A DNA stretch of 64,000 bases, taken from an uncultured Spirochaetota bacterium. GTDB lineage: Bacteria; Spirochaetota; Spirochaetia; SZUA-6; Fen-1364. Of the stretch, positions 49,627 through 57,807 are shown in pieces. The notes under the pieces were generated by a model. It had not been told where the DNA came from. It made no database searches and saw only the letters and a program-made list of their open reading frames with translations. How positions within the stretch are numbered: position 1 is the first letter of the stretch; each line of letters opens with the position of its first letter. A program made the position numbers and the translations under genes. The stretch spans positions 1,184,001 through 1,248,000 of the forward strand of contig CAWGAA010000001.1 of assembly GCA_963820525.1 (NCBI GenBank). Reading direction: 5' to 3'.

Positions 49627-50031
49627 TTAACAGCAGCCGCCCGCCGGCTTGGTCATGTCTGCGAAATCGAAGCCGAGCGTCCCGGTGAGATAGTCGTTCA
49701 GATCCTTGAGGGCGACGAGGAGATCCTCCTGCGCCGCCATGTAACGCCTGTAGGTCGGGTGGGCGATCAGCTTTTTCTCCAGGCCTTGAAAACGGCCTTC
49801 GAAGCTTTTATCGCTGCCGCCCCAGCTCCATTTCATCTGTGCATCCCGCCGCGCGCTCTGATACACGCGAAACAGCTTTTGCGCATCCGCATCGGCGCGG
49901 AATACCATGGAGGCTGCTTCGAACTCCTTGTAGACATCCGACTCCGCCACCTTTCGCGCCAGGGCTTGAGCCGCCTCTTGAGCGGCACGGACCGTTGCAT
50001 TGTCCGTCTGATTCTGTTCCGTCTGTCGCAT
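49627..50031 (-). CDS. YlbF/YmcA-like helical protein, C-terminus PAGGCC
   Basis: A..LA..VAES..Y..F..A......D..AQ.L...HP....Y..AQE.L...L..LN..L...LGFDFA; GAGG RBS. Confidence 0.75.
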   Translation of the reverse strand: MRQTEQNQTDNATVRAAQEAAQALARKVAESDVYKEFEAASMVFRADADAQKLFRVYQSARRDAQMKWSWGGSDKSFEGRFQGLEKKLIAHPTYRRYMAAQEDLLVALKDLNDYLTGTLGFDFADMTKPAGGCC

Positions 50032-50050
50032 GATTTCCTCCTTCTGCTTC

Positions 50051-50401
50051 CTATGCGGCGGGCGTAACCGTGAGGCCGCGGGCCTCGAGAGCCTCGCGGA
50101 TGGTCCGCTCCGAGATTTTCCCTCCGCTTTGAACGATCTCATCATCCACGGTGATGATTGGTACGTGCGCGGATCCGTCCTGCACGCGGGCCATTACCTG
50201 CGAGAACTGAAAGAACCCGGGGGAGAAGAGCTGAATGAACTCGAACGCCACCTGGCTGCCGAAGCGGCCTGCAAGGCGCTGAAAGATCACATCGGCCGCG
50301 TTTTCCCATGTCTTGCCTCCCGCACACCCTGAGATCGGTGGGGCGAACACGCGCACCACCACCGGCCGGGAAGCCGCGCGCGCCTGCTGCGTGTCCGGCA
50401 T
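50051..50401 (-). CDS. Thioredoxin-fold hypothetical protein (YuzD/DUF1462-like), single Cys
   Basis: V.VF.PP..GC....W......L..RF...V.FEFI...P.ITVDDEIV..G; TGATG coupling to the zinc-ribbon gene. Confidence 0.5.
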   Translation of the reverse strand: MPDTQQARAASRPVVVRVFAPPISGCAGGKTWENAADVIFQRLAGRFGSQVAFEFIQLFSPGFFQFSQVMARVQDGSAHVPIITVDDEIVQSGGKISERTIREALEARGLTVTPAA

Positions 50402-50628
50402 CAGCAGCATCCCGCTCCGCTGCCGGGACCGCAGGCCGGCATTCCACCCAACCCTCCGGAGGAACCCGTCCTCGCGGAGGAGAGAATTCCGATCGTCCCG
50501 AAAACCTGCGTGGCCTTCTTCGAACCGCACGAGGGACACTCAGGGTGGAGTCCCGCCTCTTTTTCGGCTACCGACGCGGTGACGTCGAACATCATACCGC
50601 ACTCCTTGCACCGATACTCATACGTCAT
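50401..50628 (-). CDS. FmdB-family zinc ribbon protein, C-terminus ACGPGSGAGCC
   Basis: YEYRCKECG..F...CPSCGS. Confidence 0.85.
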   Translation of the reverse strand: MTYEYRCKECGMMFDVTASVAEKEAGLHPECPSCGSKKATQVFGTIGILSSARTGSSGGLGGMPACGPGSGAGCC

Positions 50629-50664
50629 TTCAACGATCCTCCTGTTGCCCTGCGCCGCATTCCG

Positions 50665-52587
50665 TCAGCGTACGCTCGGCTCCGGTTCTTCCTGGAACAA
50701 CACATGCGCAGCGCGGCCCACCATTTCAAGACCGATGATCTCGGTCTCGAGGAGCGGCATGATCGCCACCGGGAGGCCGAAGCGCTTCCTGATCTCCGCG
50801 AGGTATTTCTCCTGCATGGCACGACGCTTTCTGAAGTAGTCATTCGTGCAATACTCGCGCGAGAGCACTTGATTGGTAATGACGAGCTGAGTCCCGATAC
50901 CGGCATCCCGCAGGTCGAGCATGGCGCGGTACGCTTCCACAACGGGGGTGGACTCGGGATAGACCACGAAGACGAAAACCGAACGCTCGGGATCCTTCAT
51001 CTGGGCGATGATGTGGTCGAAACGCTTCTGCATCTCGGACTTGGCTCCGGCTGAGGACGCGTTCGTGGTGACCATCAGCCCGATCTGATCGCTATAGTCA
51101 AAGGGCAGCTCGAGAAGCCGCAGCGTATGGCCGGTAGGCGCGGTGTCGAATATCACCACGTCGTACGCCTCCTGCTCCACGTACCCCATGAACTTGTCGA
51201 ATGCCGCCATCTCCTCCGTGCAGGGCGATTCAAGCTCTTCGCGCACCGCGGCAAGCATATCCTGCGAGTACTTCTTTTTCGCCTCCTCGATGATGCGCGC
51301 CTTGTATTCCAATACGGCCTTCTCCTGATCGATCATGACGGCCCACAGGTTTTCAACTCCCTCAACGGACTGGATTGTATCGTTCACGTCCTGGTTTAGC
51401 ACCTGACCGATGTGGGATGCCGGATCCGTGGTGAGAAGAAGCGTCCTGAGGCCACGCGCGGCGGTTGCGTATGCGGCGGCGCACGCCATGGTCGTCTTGC
51501 CGACTCCGCCCTTGCCGGTGAAGAACACCGCCTTCGATTTTCCGCTCACGGGCCGAAAGAGATCCATCAGCGATGCCGAATCGAGCGTCTCGAAGACCTT
51601 CGCTTCGGGGCTCACGACGCGCTCTGATGCCGCACCGATCCACGCGCCTCCCCTCTCCGACGAAAGACGGAAGCTCGGGGCATGCCCGTTTTCCGAAAAC
51701 AGATCGTTGGCGATATTGAGAAGACCCGGTATCCCTTTTATCTCACCGTCCCGCTGCAGCATCCGCCGGGTCGGGACGGGGAACTCCAGGGCGATGCGCG
51801 CGAGATACCCCTGCTGCATGTCGAATCGACTCTTGAAGAAGGGATGCTCGCATACTTCCTCCGGCAGAATTCCGTTCACGATGAGACTCACGTTCTTGAC
51901 GCCGATTGTGGCGAGTTCCGCCGAGGAACGTTTTGTCTCATAGAGCGAAGTCTCCTCGGGCTGAAGAACGAAGATGAAGTCGGTGCGCGCCGCGTCTCCC
52001 AGAAGGCGGGTCGCCTCGTCGTACTTCTTCTTGTTCTCCTGTATCGCCGCCACAGGGCCGATGCAGGTGTTGCCGCCGCCTTTGGCGCTCTCCTCGATGT
52101 GCTTGCTCCAATCGACGGGAAGCTCGAGCAGCCGTATCGTGTGCCCCGTGGGCGCGGTATCGAAGATGACCACATCGTAGGCTTTGTCACCATCGGTCGA
52201 TTCCTCGGTCATGAAGTCCACGAAGCGGTCGAATGAGGCGATCTCGGTGGTGCAGGGCGAGCGGAACTGCTCCTCCATCACTTTCATGACTTCCGCCGGC
52301 ATGACCGCCCGCATGGGCGCCAGGATGCGCTCGCGGTATTCCTCGGTGGCTTTGTCGGGGTCGATTTCCATGCCCCAAAGGTTGGGCAGGCCGAGAGGAC
52401 GAATTCGGTGGCCGATCTCCATCTCGAATACGTCTGCGAGGTTCGACGCAGGATCAGTGGTGACAATGAGCGTCCTTTTGCCCTGGCCGGCGGAGTGGAC
52501 CGCCGTGGCACAGGCCATGGTCGTCTTCCCGACTCCTCCTTTTCCCGAGAAGAACACGTAGCGGGTCTTGATGTTCCTTGATTTCAT
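50665..52587 (-). CDS. arsA: Arsenical pump-driving ATPase
   Basis: Two GKGGVGKTT P-loops, two DTAPTGH; metalloid-site Cys in SPCTTE, CIGP and SPCTEE. Confidence 0.95.
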   Translation of the reverse strand: MKSRNIKTRYVFFSGKGGVGKTTMACATAVHSAGQGKRTLIVTTDPASNLADVFEMEIGHRIRPLGLPNLWGMEIDPDKATEEYRERILAPMRAVMPAEVMKVMEEQFRSPCTTEIASFDRFVDFMTEESTDGDKAYDVVIFDTAPTGHTIRLLELPVDWSKHIEESAKGGGNTCIGPVAAIQENKKKYDEATRLLGDAARTDFIFVLQPEETSLYETKRSSAELATIGVKNVSLIVNGILPEEVCEHPFFKSRFDMQQGYLARIALEFPVPTRRMLQRDGEIKGIPGLLNIANDLFSENGHAPSFRLSSERGGAWIGAASERVVSPEAKVFETLDSASLMDLFRPVSGKSKAVFFTGKGGVGKTTMACAAAYATAARGLRTLLLTTDPASHIGQVLNQDVNDTIQSVEGVENLWAVMIDQEKAVLEYKARIIEEAKKKYSQDMLAAVREELESPCTEEMAAFDKFMGYVEQEAYDVVIFDTAPTGHTLRLLELPFDYSDQIGLMVTTNASSAGAKSEMQKRFDHIIAQMKDPERSVFVFVVYPESTPVVEAYRAMLDLRDAGIGTQLVITNQVLSREYCTNDYFRKRRAMQEKYLAEIRKRFGLPVAIMPLLETEIIGLEMVGRAAHVLFQEEPEPSVR

Positions 52588-52606
52588 GTGAGATTCCTTT
52601 CGTCTC

Positions 52607-52945
52607 CTACTCTGAAGCTACCGGTTGTTGTGCGTACTGAAGAAGCTCATCATAGGTGGGGAATTCCCTCGTTTTCACCACCCTGCCATTGACCGCGGTC
52701 ACCGGAAGCACGCCCGTGCTCTGCTCCTTCAGGAGCGCGAGAACATCCGGGTTCTGCATGAACTTCGCCCCCTGTTGCTGAAGCAGGTAGCGGTGTACCA
52801 CGATACCGTGGTTGTTCTTCATCTTCAGCACCGCCTCGTTCAGATCCAAGAGCGCCGGGTCGATGACCGGTCCGCAGAGGCCCCCGGGGCAGCACATGGG
52901 AGGATCGAAGATCTCGATAAGAACGTTCGTGTTCATGCGCGCCAT
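52607..52945 (-). CDS. arsD: Arsenic metallochaperone
   Basis: IFDPPMCCPGGLCGP, LP.T.VNG, PT..EL. Confidence 0.9.
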   Translation of the reverse strand: MARMNTNVLIEIFDPPMCCPGGLCGPVIDPALLDLNEAVLKMKNNHGIVVHRYLLQQQGAKFMQNPDVLALLKEQSTGVLPVTAVNGRVVKTREFPTYDELLQYAQQPVASE

Positions 52946-53361
52946 ACCCTCTCCTTTGTATGCATTCGTCCTCGCTCGAAACGTCTGGGGGACAACTTCC
53001 CTTCAGGAGGGAAACCCACAATGCACTTTCCATCCTCTCGGAGGCGGAGCCGCCTTTCCAACTGCTTTCGGTCCAGATCGAACGTCTCACTGGTGAGAAA
53101 AGCCTCAAGAAACTCAAACACTGTTGCGTTCGCATCGTTTTCTTTTTCCACCGAATGGTAAGCCCAGGTTCCTTCCTTTTCGACCTTCACAAGCTCCGCG
53201 TTTTTCAGAATGAGCAGATGCCGGGATACCTGGTATTGGGGAAGGCTCAGGGCATCCACCATCTCGCATACGCACAAGGGAACCTTCGCCGCGAGTAAAA
53301 TGTTCATCAAGCGGAGCCTGGTTTCATCGGCAAGGGCTTTCATCACCCGTGTTTGCTTCAT
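52933..53361 (-). CDS. arsR: ArsR/SmtB transcriptional repressor (CVC type)
   Basis: KALADETRL, LCVCEM, VSRHL..LK. Confidence 0.9.
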   Translation of the reverse strand: MKQTRVMKALADETRLRLMNILLAAKVPLCVCEMVDALSLPQYQVSRHLLILKNAELVKVEKEGTWAYHSVEKENDANATVFEFLEAFLTSETFDLDRKQLERRLRLREDGKCIVGFPPEGKLSPRRFERGRMHTKERVWRA

Positions 53362-53374
53362 ATGCCATTCCTTT

Positions 53375-53433
53375 ATATGCATGTATGCGTTTATTTACAT
53401 ATTTAAAATAGCATAATACTAGCCAACTGTCAA
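53375..53433 (-). promoter_or_regulatory. Sigma70 promoter and putative ArsR operator for the leftward operon
   Basis: TTGACA (53433-53428), 17 nt, TATTTT; imperfect palindrome ATATGCATGTAT-GCGT-TTATTTACATAT at 53375-53402. Confidence 0.65.
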
Positions 53434-53646
53434 CTCCCGCCCTAGCACCGAGAAACCAAGAGACTGACGCCCCGTTTGTGAAGAATGCCCAGTATTCAAT
53501 TCTGCCTGGATTGACCGGAGCGGCGGTTCACCGTGAAATTGCGGGGACAGAGCAACGCTTACACGCCTTTCGGCCAGTTCGAACACGCCGTTGCTGCTCA
53601 AACTCTTTCCGCCCCCGCGATTTGTTCATTTTTGTCAATTCCGTTC

Positions 53647-53680
53647 TTGACAAATATTTGCTTCATGGTAGAATTGCCAT
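53647..53680 (+). promoter_or_regulatory. Sigma70 promoter for the rightward operon with an overlapping palindrome
   Basis: TTGACA 53647-53652, 16 nt, TGg-TAGAAT 53669-53674; inverted repeat ATGGTA-GAAT-TGCCAT. Confidence 0.65.
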
Positions 53681-53686
53681 TTAGCC

Positions 53687-54004
53687 ATGGATACGAAAAC
53701 TCTCAGATTGTATCAGGGTCGCGTGAAGGTCATTAAAGCGCTCGCCCACCCAAGCCGCCTTTATATGGTCGATAAGCTCTCGGAGCGGGCACACTGCGTG
53801 AACGAGCTCACCGCGCTGGTAGGCTGCGATATGTCAACCGTGTCGAAGCACCTGAGCGTGTTGAAAAACGCGGGGGTCGTGCAGGACGAGAAACGCGGGA
53901 CCGCTATCTACTATTCACTGAGCGTGCCCTGCATCCTCAACTTCTTCAAGTGCACTGACGCGGTGCTCAAGGCTATCAAGGAGGAAGAGATGAGCCTCGT
54001 GTAA
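53687..54004 (+). CDS. ArsR/SmtB transcriptional regulator
   Basis: KALAHPSRL, CVNEL, STVSKHL..LK.AG, PC....F.C. Confidence 0.9.
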   Translation: MDTKTLRLYQGRVKVIKALAHPSRLYMVDKLSERAHCVNELTALVGCDMSTVSKHLSVLKNAGVVQDEKRGTAIYYSLSVPCILNFFKCTDAVLKAIKEEEMSLV

Positions 54005-54023
54005 GACGTATGGGTTTGACACT

Positions 54024-54212
54024 CGTCGGATCAGGGAGAGGGTGATGGAAATCAAATTTGAGCTCAAAAAGGAGTGGAAACCGCTCCTCGGCATCGTCGC
54101 GCTTTTCCTGGCCTCCTACTATCTGCCGATAGGTCTCCGGCGCTTCGACGGCGCTGTCAAGGAAGCCCCAAACGCGCGTAATAGTTCAATAGGTATTGAA
54201 CTAATCATATAG
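54024..54212 (+). pseudogene. Truncated duplicate of the permease 5' end
   Basis: 54024-54168 matches 55175-55319 (offset 1151) with substitutions; ORF 54045-54212 diverges after ...FDGAVKEA. Confidence 0.9.
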
Positions 54213-54236
54213 GAAAAGCTTGCAAGGGGGAGCGGT

Positions 54237-55109
54237 ATGTTCAGCAAAATACTGATCGCATCCGATTTGTCCGAAGCATCGAACGAGATGATACGATGCA
54301 TACAGGGGCTTCGACTTCTCGGAAGCCGCGAAGCGGTTCTTTTTCACGCGCTTCGAATTCGGCATCTCGATGACCTGAAATACGAGCTCGCGCGATACGC
54401 CGAGCCGCAGCTGCAAAAGCAAAAGGCCGCCCTCGAAGCGCTCGGCTTTACGACAAAAATCGAAATAGCCCCGAGCGAAACAGCGTACGAGTTGGAACGT
54501 GCCGCAAGGAAAGAAAATATCTCGCTCGTCGTGATCGCTACCCACGGCAAGAGCCTCCTGAAACACGCGTTTATGGGGGGCGAGGCGACCAAGATACTCC
54601 AACACCACACCAAGCCGGTTCTGGTGATTCGAATAGCCATCACTGAAAGAGAGGGAGAGACAAAATGCGAAGCGAGTTGCCTAGACCCCTCAAGGAAAAT
54701 CCTGTATGCGACAGACTTTTCCGACACGGCCCAGCGGGCATTCACCTATGTTGAAATGATGGTGGAGAGCGGCTGGAAGAAAATAACTGTCCTGCACGTG
54801 CAGGACAGTACGAGAATAGACAAACACCTCAAAGAGCGTCTGGACGAATTCAATTCGATCGACACCGAGCGCCTCGAAATGCTAAAGGATGCGCTGCTGA
54901 AGAAGGGCGCCTCGGAGGTCGACATTGCCCTTTCGTACGGGTTGCCGTTTCAGGAAATCACAAAGATGGCAAAGAGCAATTTGTATTCCATCATCGTGAT
55001 GGGGAGCCAGGGAAGGGGCTTTGCCGAGGAAATATTTCTGGGAAGCGTGAGCCACAACTTGGTGCGCCATGCTCCCATTCCGGTACTGCTTGTGCCAGCG
55101 TTACGTTAG
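54237..55109 (+). CDS. Universal stress protein (two USP domains)
   Basis: ILIASD.S, ATHG, ILYATDFS, MGSQGRG...LGSVS. Confidence 0.9.
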   Translation: MFSKILIASDLSEASNEMIRCIQGLRLLGSREAVLFHALRIRHLDDLKYELARYAEPQLQKQKAALEALGFTTKIEIAPSETAYELERAARKENISLVVIATHGKSLLKHAFMGGEATKILQHHTKPVLVIRIAITEREGETKCEASCLDPSRKILYATDFSDTAQRAFTYVEMMVESGWKKITVLHVQDSTRIDKHLKERLDEFNSIDTERLEMLKDALLKKGASEVDIALSYGLPFQEITKMAKSNLYSIIVMGSQGRGFAEEIFLGSVSHNLVRHAPIPVLLVPALR

Positions 55110-55195
55110 ATGATTGCCTTACAAGTGCTGACGTCGTCTAGGCGCTTTTTTCTTTATCGTGTGGGCGTGACCCGCGTCGGATCAGGGAGAGGGTA

Positions 55196-56506
55196 ATGGA
55201 AGTCAAATTGGAACTCAAAAAGGAGTGGAAGCCGCTCCTCGGCATCGTCGCGCTTTTCCTGGCTGCCTACTATCTGCCGATAGGTCTCCCGCGCTTCGAC
55301 GGCGCCGTCAAGGAAGCCCTTTCGCTGGTCAAATGGTACGCGCAGGAGCATGTGCTTCTCTGCCTGGTTCCCGCGTTCTTCATTGCCGGCGCCATCGGGG
55401 TATTCGTCAACCAGGCCTCGGTAATGAAGTACCTCGGACCCAAGGCGAACAAGCTTCTTTCATACTCAGTCGCCTCGGTTTCAGGAACCGTCCTCGCGGT
55501 CTGCTCCTGCACCGTTCTTCCCCTTTTCTCGGGTATATACCGAATGGGCGCCGGCATCGGTCCGGCTACCGCCTTCCTCTACTCCGGCCCCGCCATCAAT
55601 GTGCTGGCCATCGTGTTCACGGCCCGCATCCTGGGCCTGGAAATGGGTGTTGCCCGGACCGTGGGCGCCGTGGCGTTCAGTGTCATCATCGGGCTCTTCA
55701 TGCACCTGATCTTCCGAAAGGAGGAACAGGCCAAGGCGGCGGCGTGGGCGTCGATGCCGGAGCCCGAGGTCAAACGCCCCCTGTGGCAGAATGGCGTTTT
55801 TTTCGCTCTTCTTGTGGCGATCCTCGTGTTCGCCAATTGGGCAAGGCCTGAGATCCCCTTCGGCGCATGGTACGCGATCTGGACGGTCAAATGGCCGGTC
55901 ACGGCCGCAGCATCGATCGGGCTGGGGGCAGTGCTGATCGGATGGTTCAAGCTGGCGTGGTGGAAGATCGCCCTTACCGCCGCCCCGACGCTCGCCCTCG
56001 CCCTCATCTTCCCCGGCATTCCGCAGCTCGCGTTCGGATCCGCCGTGGTCGGGCTTTCAATCAGCCTGGCCACCGACAAGGCCGAGGGAGGAGGATGGTT
56101 CAACACTTCGTGGGGTTTCGCCAAGCAGATTTTCCCCCTTCTGTTCCTCGGTGTCTTTTTCTCCGGCCTCTTCCTGGGAAGGCCGGGGCACGAGGGGCTC
56201 ATCCCTTCGGGATGGATAGCTCATCTTGTAGGAGGGAACTCGCTTTGGTCCAACCTGTTCGCCTCGGTGGCCGGGGCTCTCATGTATTTTGCCACTCTCA
56301 CCGAGGTGCCCATCCTCCAGGGCTTGATGGCGAACGGCATGGGAAAGGGCCCGGCCCTCGCTCTGCTCTTGGCGGGACCCGCCCTTTCGCTTCCCAGCAT
56401 GCTGGTGCTTCGAAGCATCCTGGGAACGAGGAAGGCGCTCACGTACATCCTTCTCGTGGTAGCAATGGCGACTGTGACCGGAATAGCCTACGGCGCCTTG
56501 TTTTGA
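55196..56506 (+). CDS. ArsP/DUF318-family permease
   Basis: HVL.CLVPAFFIAG, AVCSCTVLP, FLYSGPAIN, MYFATLTEVP, GPALSLP. Confidence 0.9.
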   Translation: MEVKLELKKEWKPLLGIVALFLAAYYLPIGLPRFDGAVKEALSLVKWYAQEHVLLCLVPAFFIAGAIGVFVNQASVMKYLGPKANKLLSYSVASVSGTVLAVCSCTVLPLFSGIYRMGAGIGPATAFLYSGPAINVLAIVFTARILGLEMGVARTVGAVAFSVIIGLFMHLIFRKEEQAKAAAWASMPEPEVKRPLWQNGVFFALLVAILVFANWARPEIPFGAWYAIWTVKWPVTAAASIGLGAVLIGWFKLAWWKIALTAAPTLALALIFPGIPQLAFGSAVVGLSISLATDKAEGGGWFNTSWGFAKQIFPLLFLGVFFSGLFLGRPGHEGLIPSGWIAHLVGGNSLWSNLFASVAGALMYFATLTEVPILQGLMANGMGKGPALALLLAGPALSLPSMLVLRSILGTRKALTYILLVVAMATVTGIAYGALF

Positions 56507-56525
56507 TTTGCAGGAGGAAATGCCG

Positions 56526-56762
56526 ATGAAGATCGAAGTCCTCGGGCCGGGCTGCCCCAAGTGCCAGAGCACCGAGCAGAATGTGATGAAAGCCTTGGGA
56601 GAGCTGAACCTCCAAGCAGAGGTGGTGAAGGTGACCGACATCAATGCCATCATCGAGCGGGGCGTCATGTGGACGCCGGCTCTCGTTATCGACGGGAAAT
56701 TAGCCCTGCAGGGCAAGATTCCGACGGTGGATCAGATCAAGCAGCTCATAAAAGGGGGATGA
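56526..56762 (+). CDS. Small redox-active disulfide thioredoxin-family protein
   Basis: MKIEVLGPGCPKC, TPALVIDG; AGGAGG RBS. Confidence 0.9.
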   Translation: MKIEVLGPGCPKCQSTEQNVMKALGELNLQAEVVKVTDINAIIERGVMWTPALVIDGKLALQGKIPTVDQIKQLIKGG

Positions 56763-56766
56763 TCCG

Positions 56767-57030
56767 ATGGGAAGCTATGGAAGGTGGCGAGGCGTGCCGA
56801 GAGAGCAGGTGCCCTGGTATCCCACGGTTGATTCGGCGAAGTGCAAGGGATGCAAGGAGTGCTACGGTTTTTGTCATCAGAAAGTCTTCGCCTGGGATGC
56901 GGAGAACGACAAAACCCTTGTCGCCGAGCCGTATCGGTGCGTGGTGGGCTGCAGCACCTGCGCGAGCCTCTGCAAAGAAGGGGCGATATCCTTCCCGCCC
57001 TTGACTATCCTGAAAAACATCGGGAGGTGA
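56767..57030 (+). CDS. 4Fe-4S dicluster ferredoxin
   Basis: CKGCKECYGFC and CVVGCSTCASLC..GAISFP. Confidence 0.85.
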   Translation: MGSYGRWRGVPREQVPWYPTVDSAKCKGCKECYGFCHQKVFAWDAENDKTLVAEPYRCVVGCSTCASLCKEGAISFPPLTILKNIGR

Positions 57031-57035
57031 ACCGC

Positions 57036-57329
57036 ATGGAGACTGTAGTAAAAGATTACCTGGGCATCCCAAGGAACCTCATTCCCTGGTTTCCGTCCGT
57101 GGACGGGGCCAGATGCAAGGGCTGCTCCACCTGCGTCAAAGCCTGCAAGCACGAAGTATTCGCCTACGACAGCTCTAAGAAACAGGCTTTCGTCGCAAAC
57201 CCCTATTCCTGTGAAGTCTTCTGCCAGAGCTGCCAATTCCAGTGCAACGAGGAAGCCATCTCTTTTCCCGACAAAAGTCGGGTGAAAGAGATCATCAAGA
57301 AGCTGCGGGAACAGTACCCGCCAAGATGA
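57036..57329 (+). CDS. 4Fe-4S dicluster ferredoxin (paralog of the previous gene)
   Basis: CKGCSTCVKAC and CEVFCQSCQFQC..EAISFP; GGAGG RBS. Confidence 0.85.
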   Translation: METVVKDYLGIPRNLIPWFPSVDGARCKGCSTCVKACKHEVFAYDSSKKQAFVANPYSCEVFCQSCQFQCNEEAISFPDKSRVKEIIKKLREQYPPR

Positions 57330-57349
57330 CCGAAGAATGGAGGGACGCC

Positions 57350-57718
57350 ATGAAGGATAAACCGAGATTTCTCCTCTGCGTTTGTCGGGGCGACTGTCCA
57401 GGTTTCGCGAAACTGGACATCTGGAAGTTCATCAACTTCGTGCGCAACGAGCTCGAAGTGGAATATGCCGTCGCGCACCCACAGATGTGCGTTGACGACG
57501 GCGACCGATTCTGGAAGGATTATGCGAAGAAAGGCGCAACGTATATCGTGGCGGGTTGCGATCCGAAGATGCAGCGCAAGATGTACAAGGACGCCCTCGC
57601 GGAAGTAGGATGCGATTTCGACAAGCAGGTATTCCCGATTGACCTGAGGAATATTCCCACGGAGGAGGCGATGCAGAAGATCAAAACCTTCGTGGAAGAG
57701 GTGAACAGTAGAACGTGA
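57350..57718 (+). CDS. Stand-alone HdrA N-terminal-like Cys protein
   Basis: LCVC.G.C, HPQMC..DG, VAGCDP, DLRN resemble the HdrA N-terminal C.C...LC...AACSP...NIR pattern. Confidence 0.55.
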   Translation: MKDKPRFLLCVCRGDCPGFAKLDIWKFINFVRNELEVEYAVAHPQMCVDDGDRFWKDYAKKGATYIVAGCDPKMQRKMYKDALAEVGCDFDKQVFPIDLRNIPTEEAMQKIKTFVEEVNSRT

Positions 57719-57807
57719 TGCTCTTCCCTGGCTCGCGGACCGGCGATGGAACTCTGCCTTGCTGCGGCCAAAGATCATCATGCTGTGGATGAGAGGAGTA
57801 GCAATTC

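Noticed and set aside
46066..50628. Lanthipeptide/RiPP cluster suggested by the EpiD-family flavoprotein
   Set aside because: No LanB/C/M, YcaO, radical SAM, peptidase or short leader-core precursor is visible, and the flavoprotein keeps the CoaC-type clamp Cys
56767..57329. hgcB mercury-methylation ferredoxin
   Set aside because: No hgcA cap-helix motif (N(V/I)WCA) gene nearby, and the ferredoxins lack C-terminal CC tails
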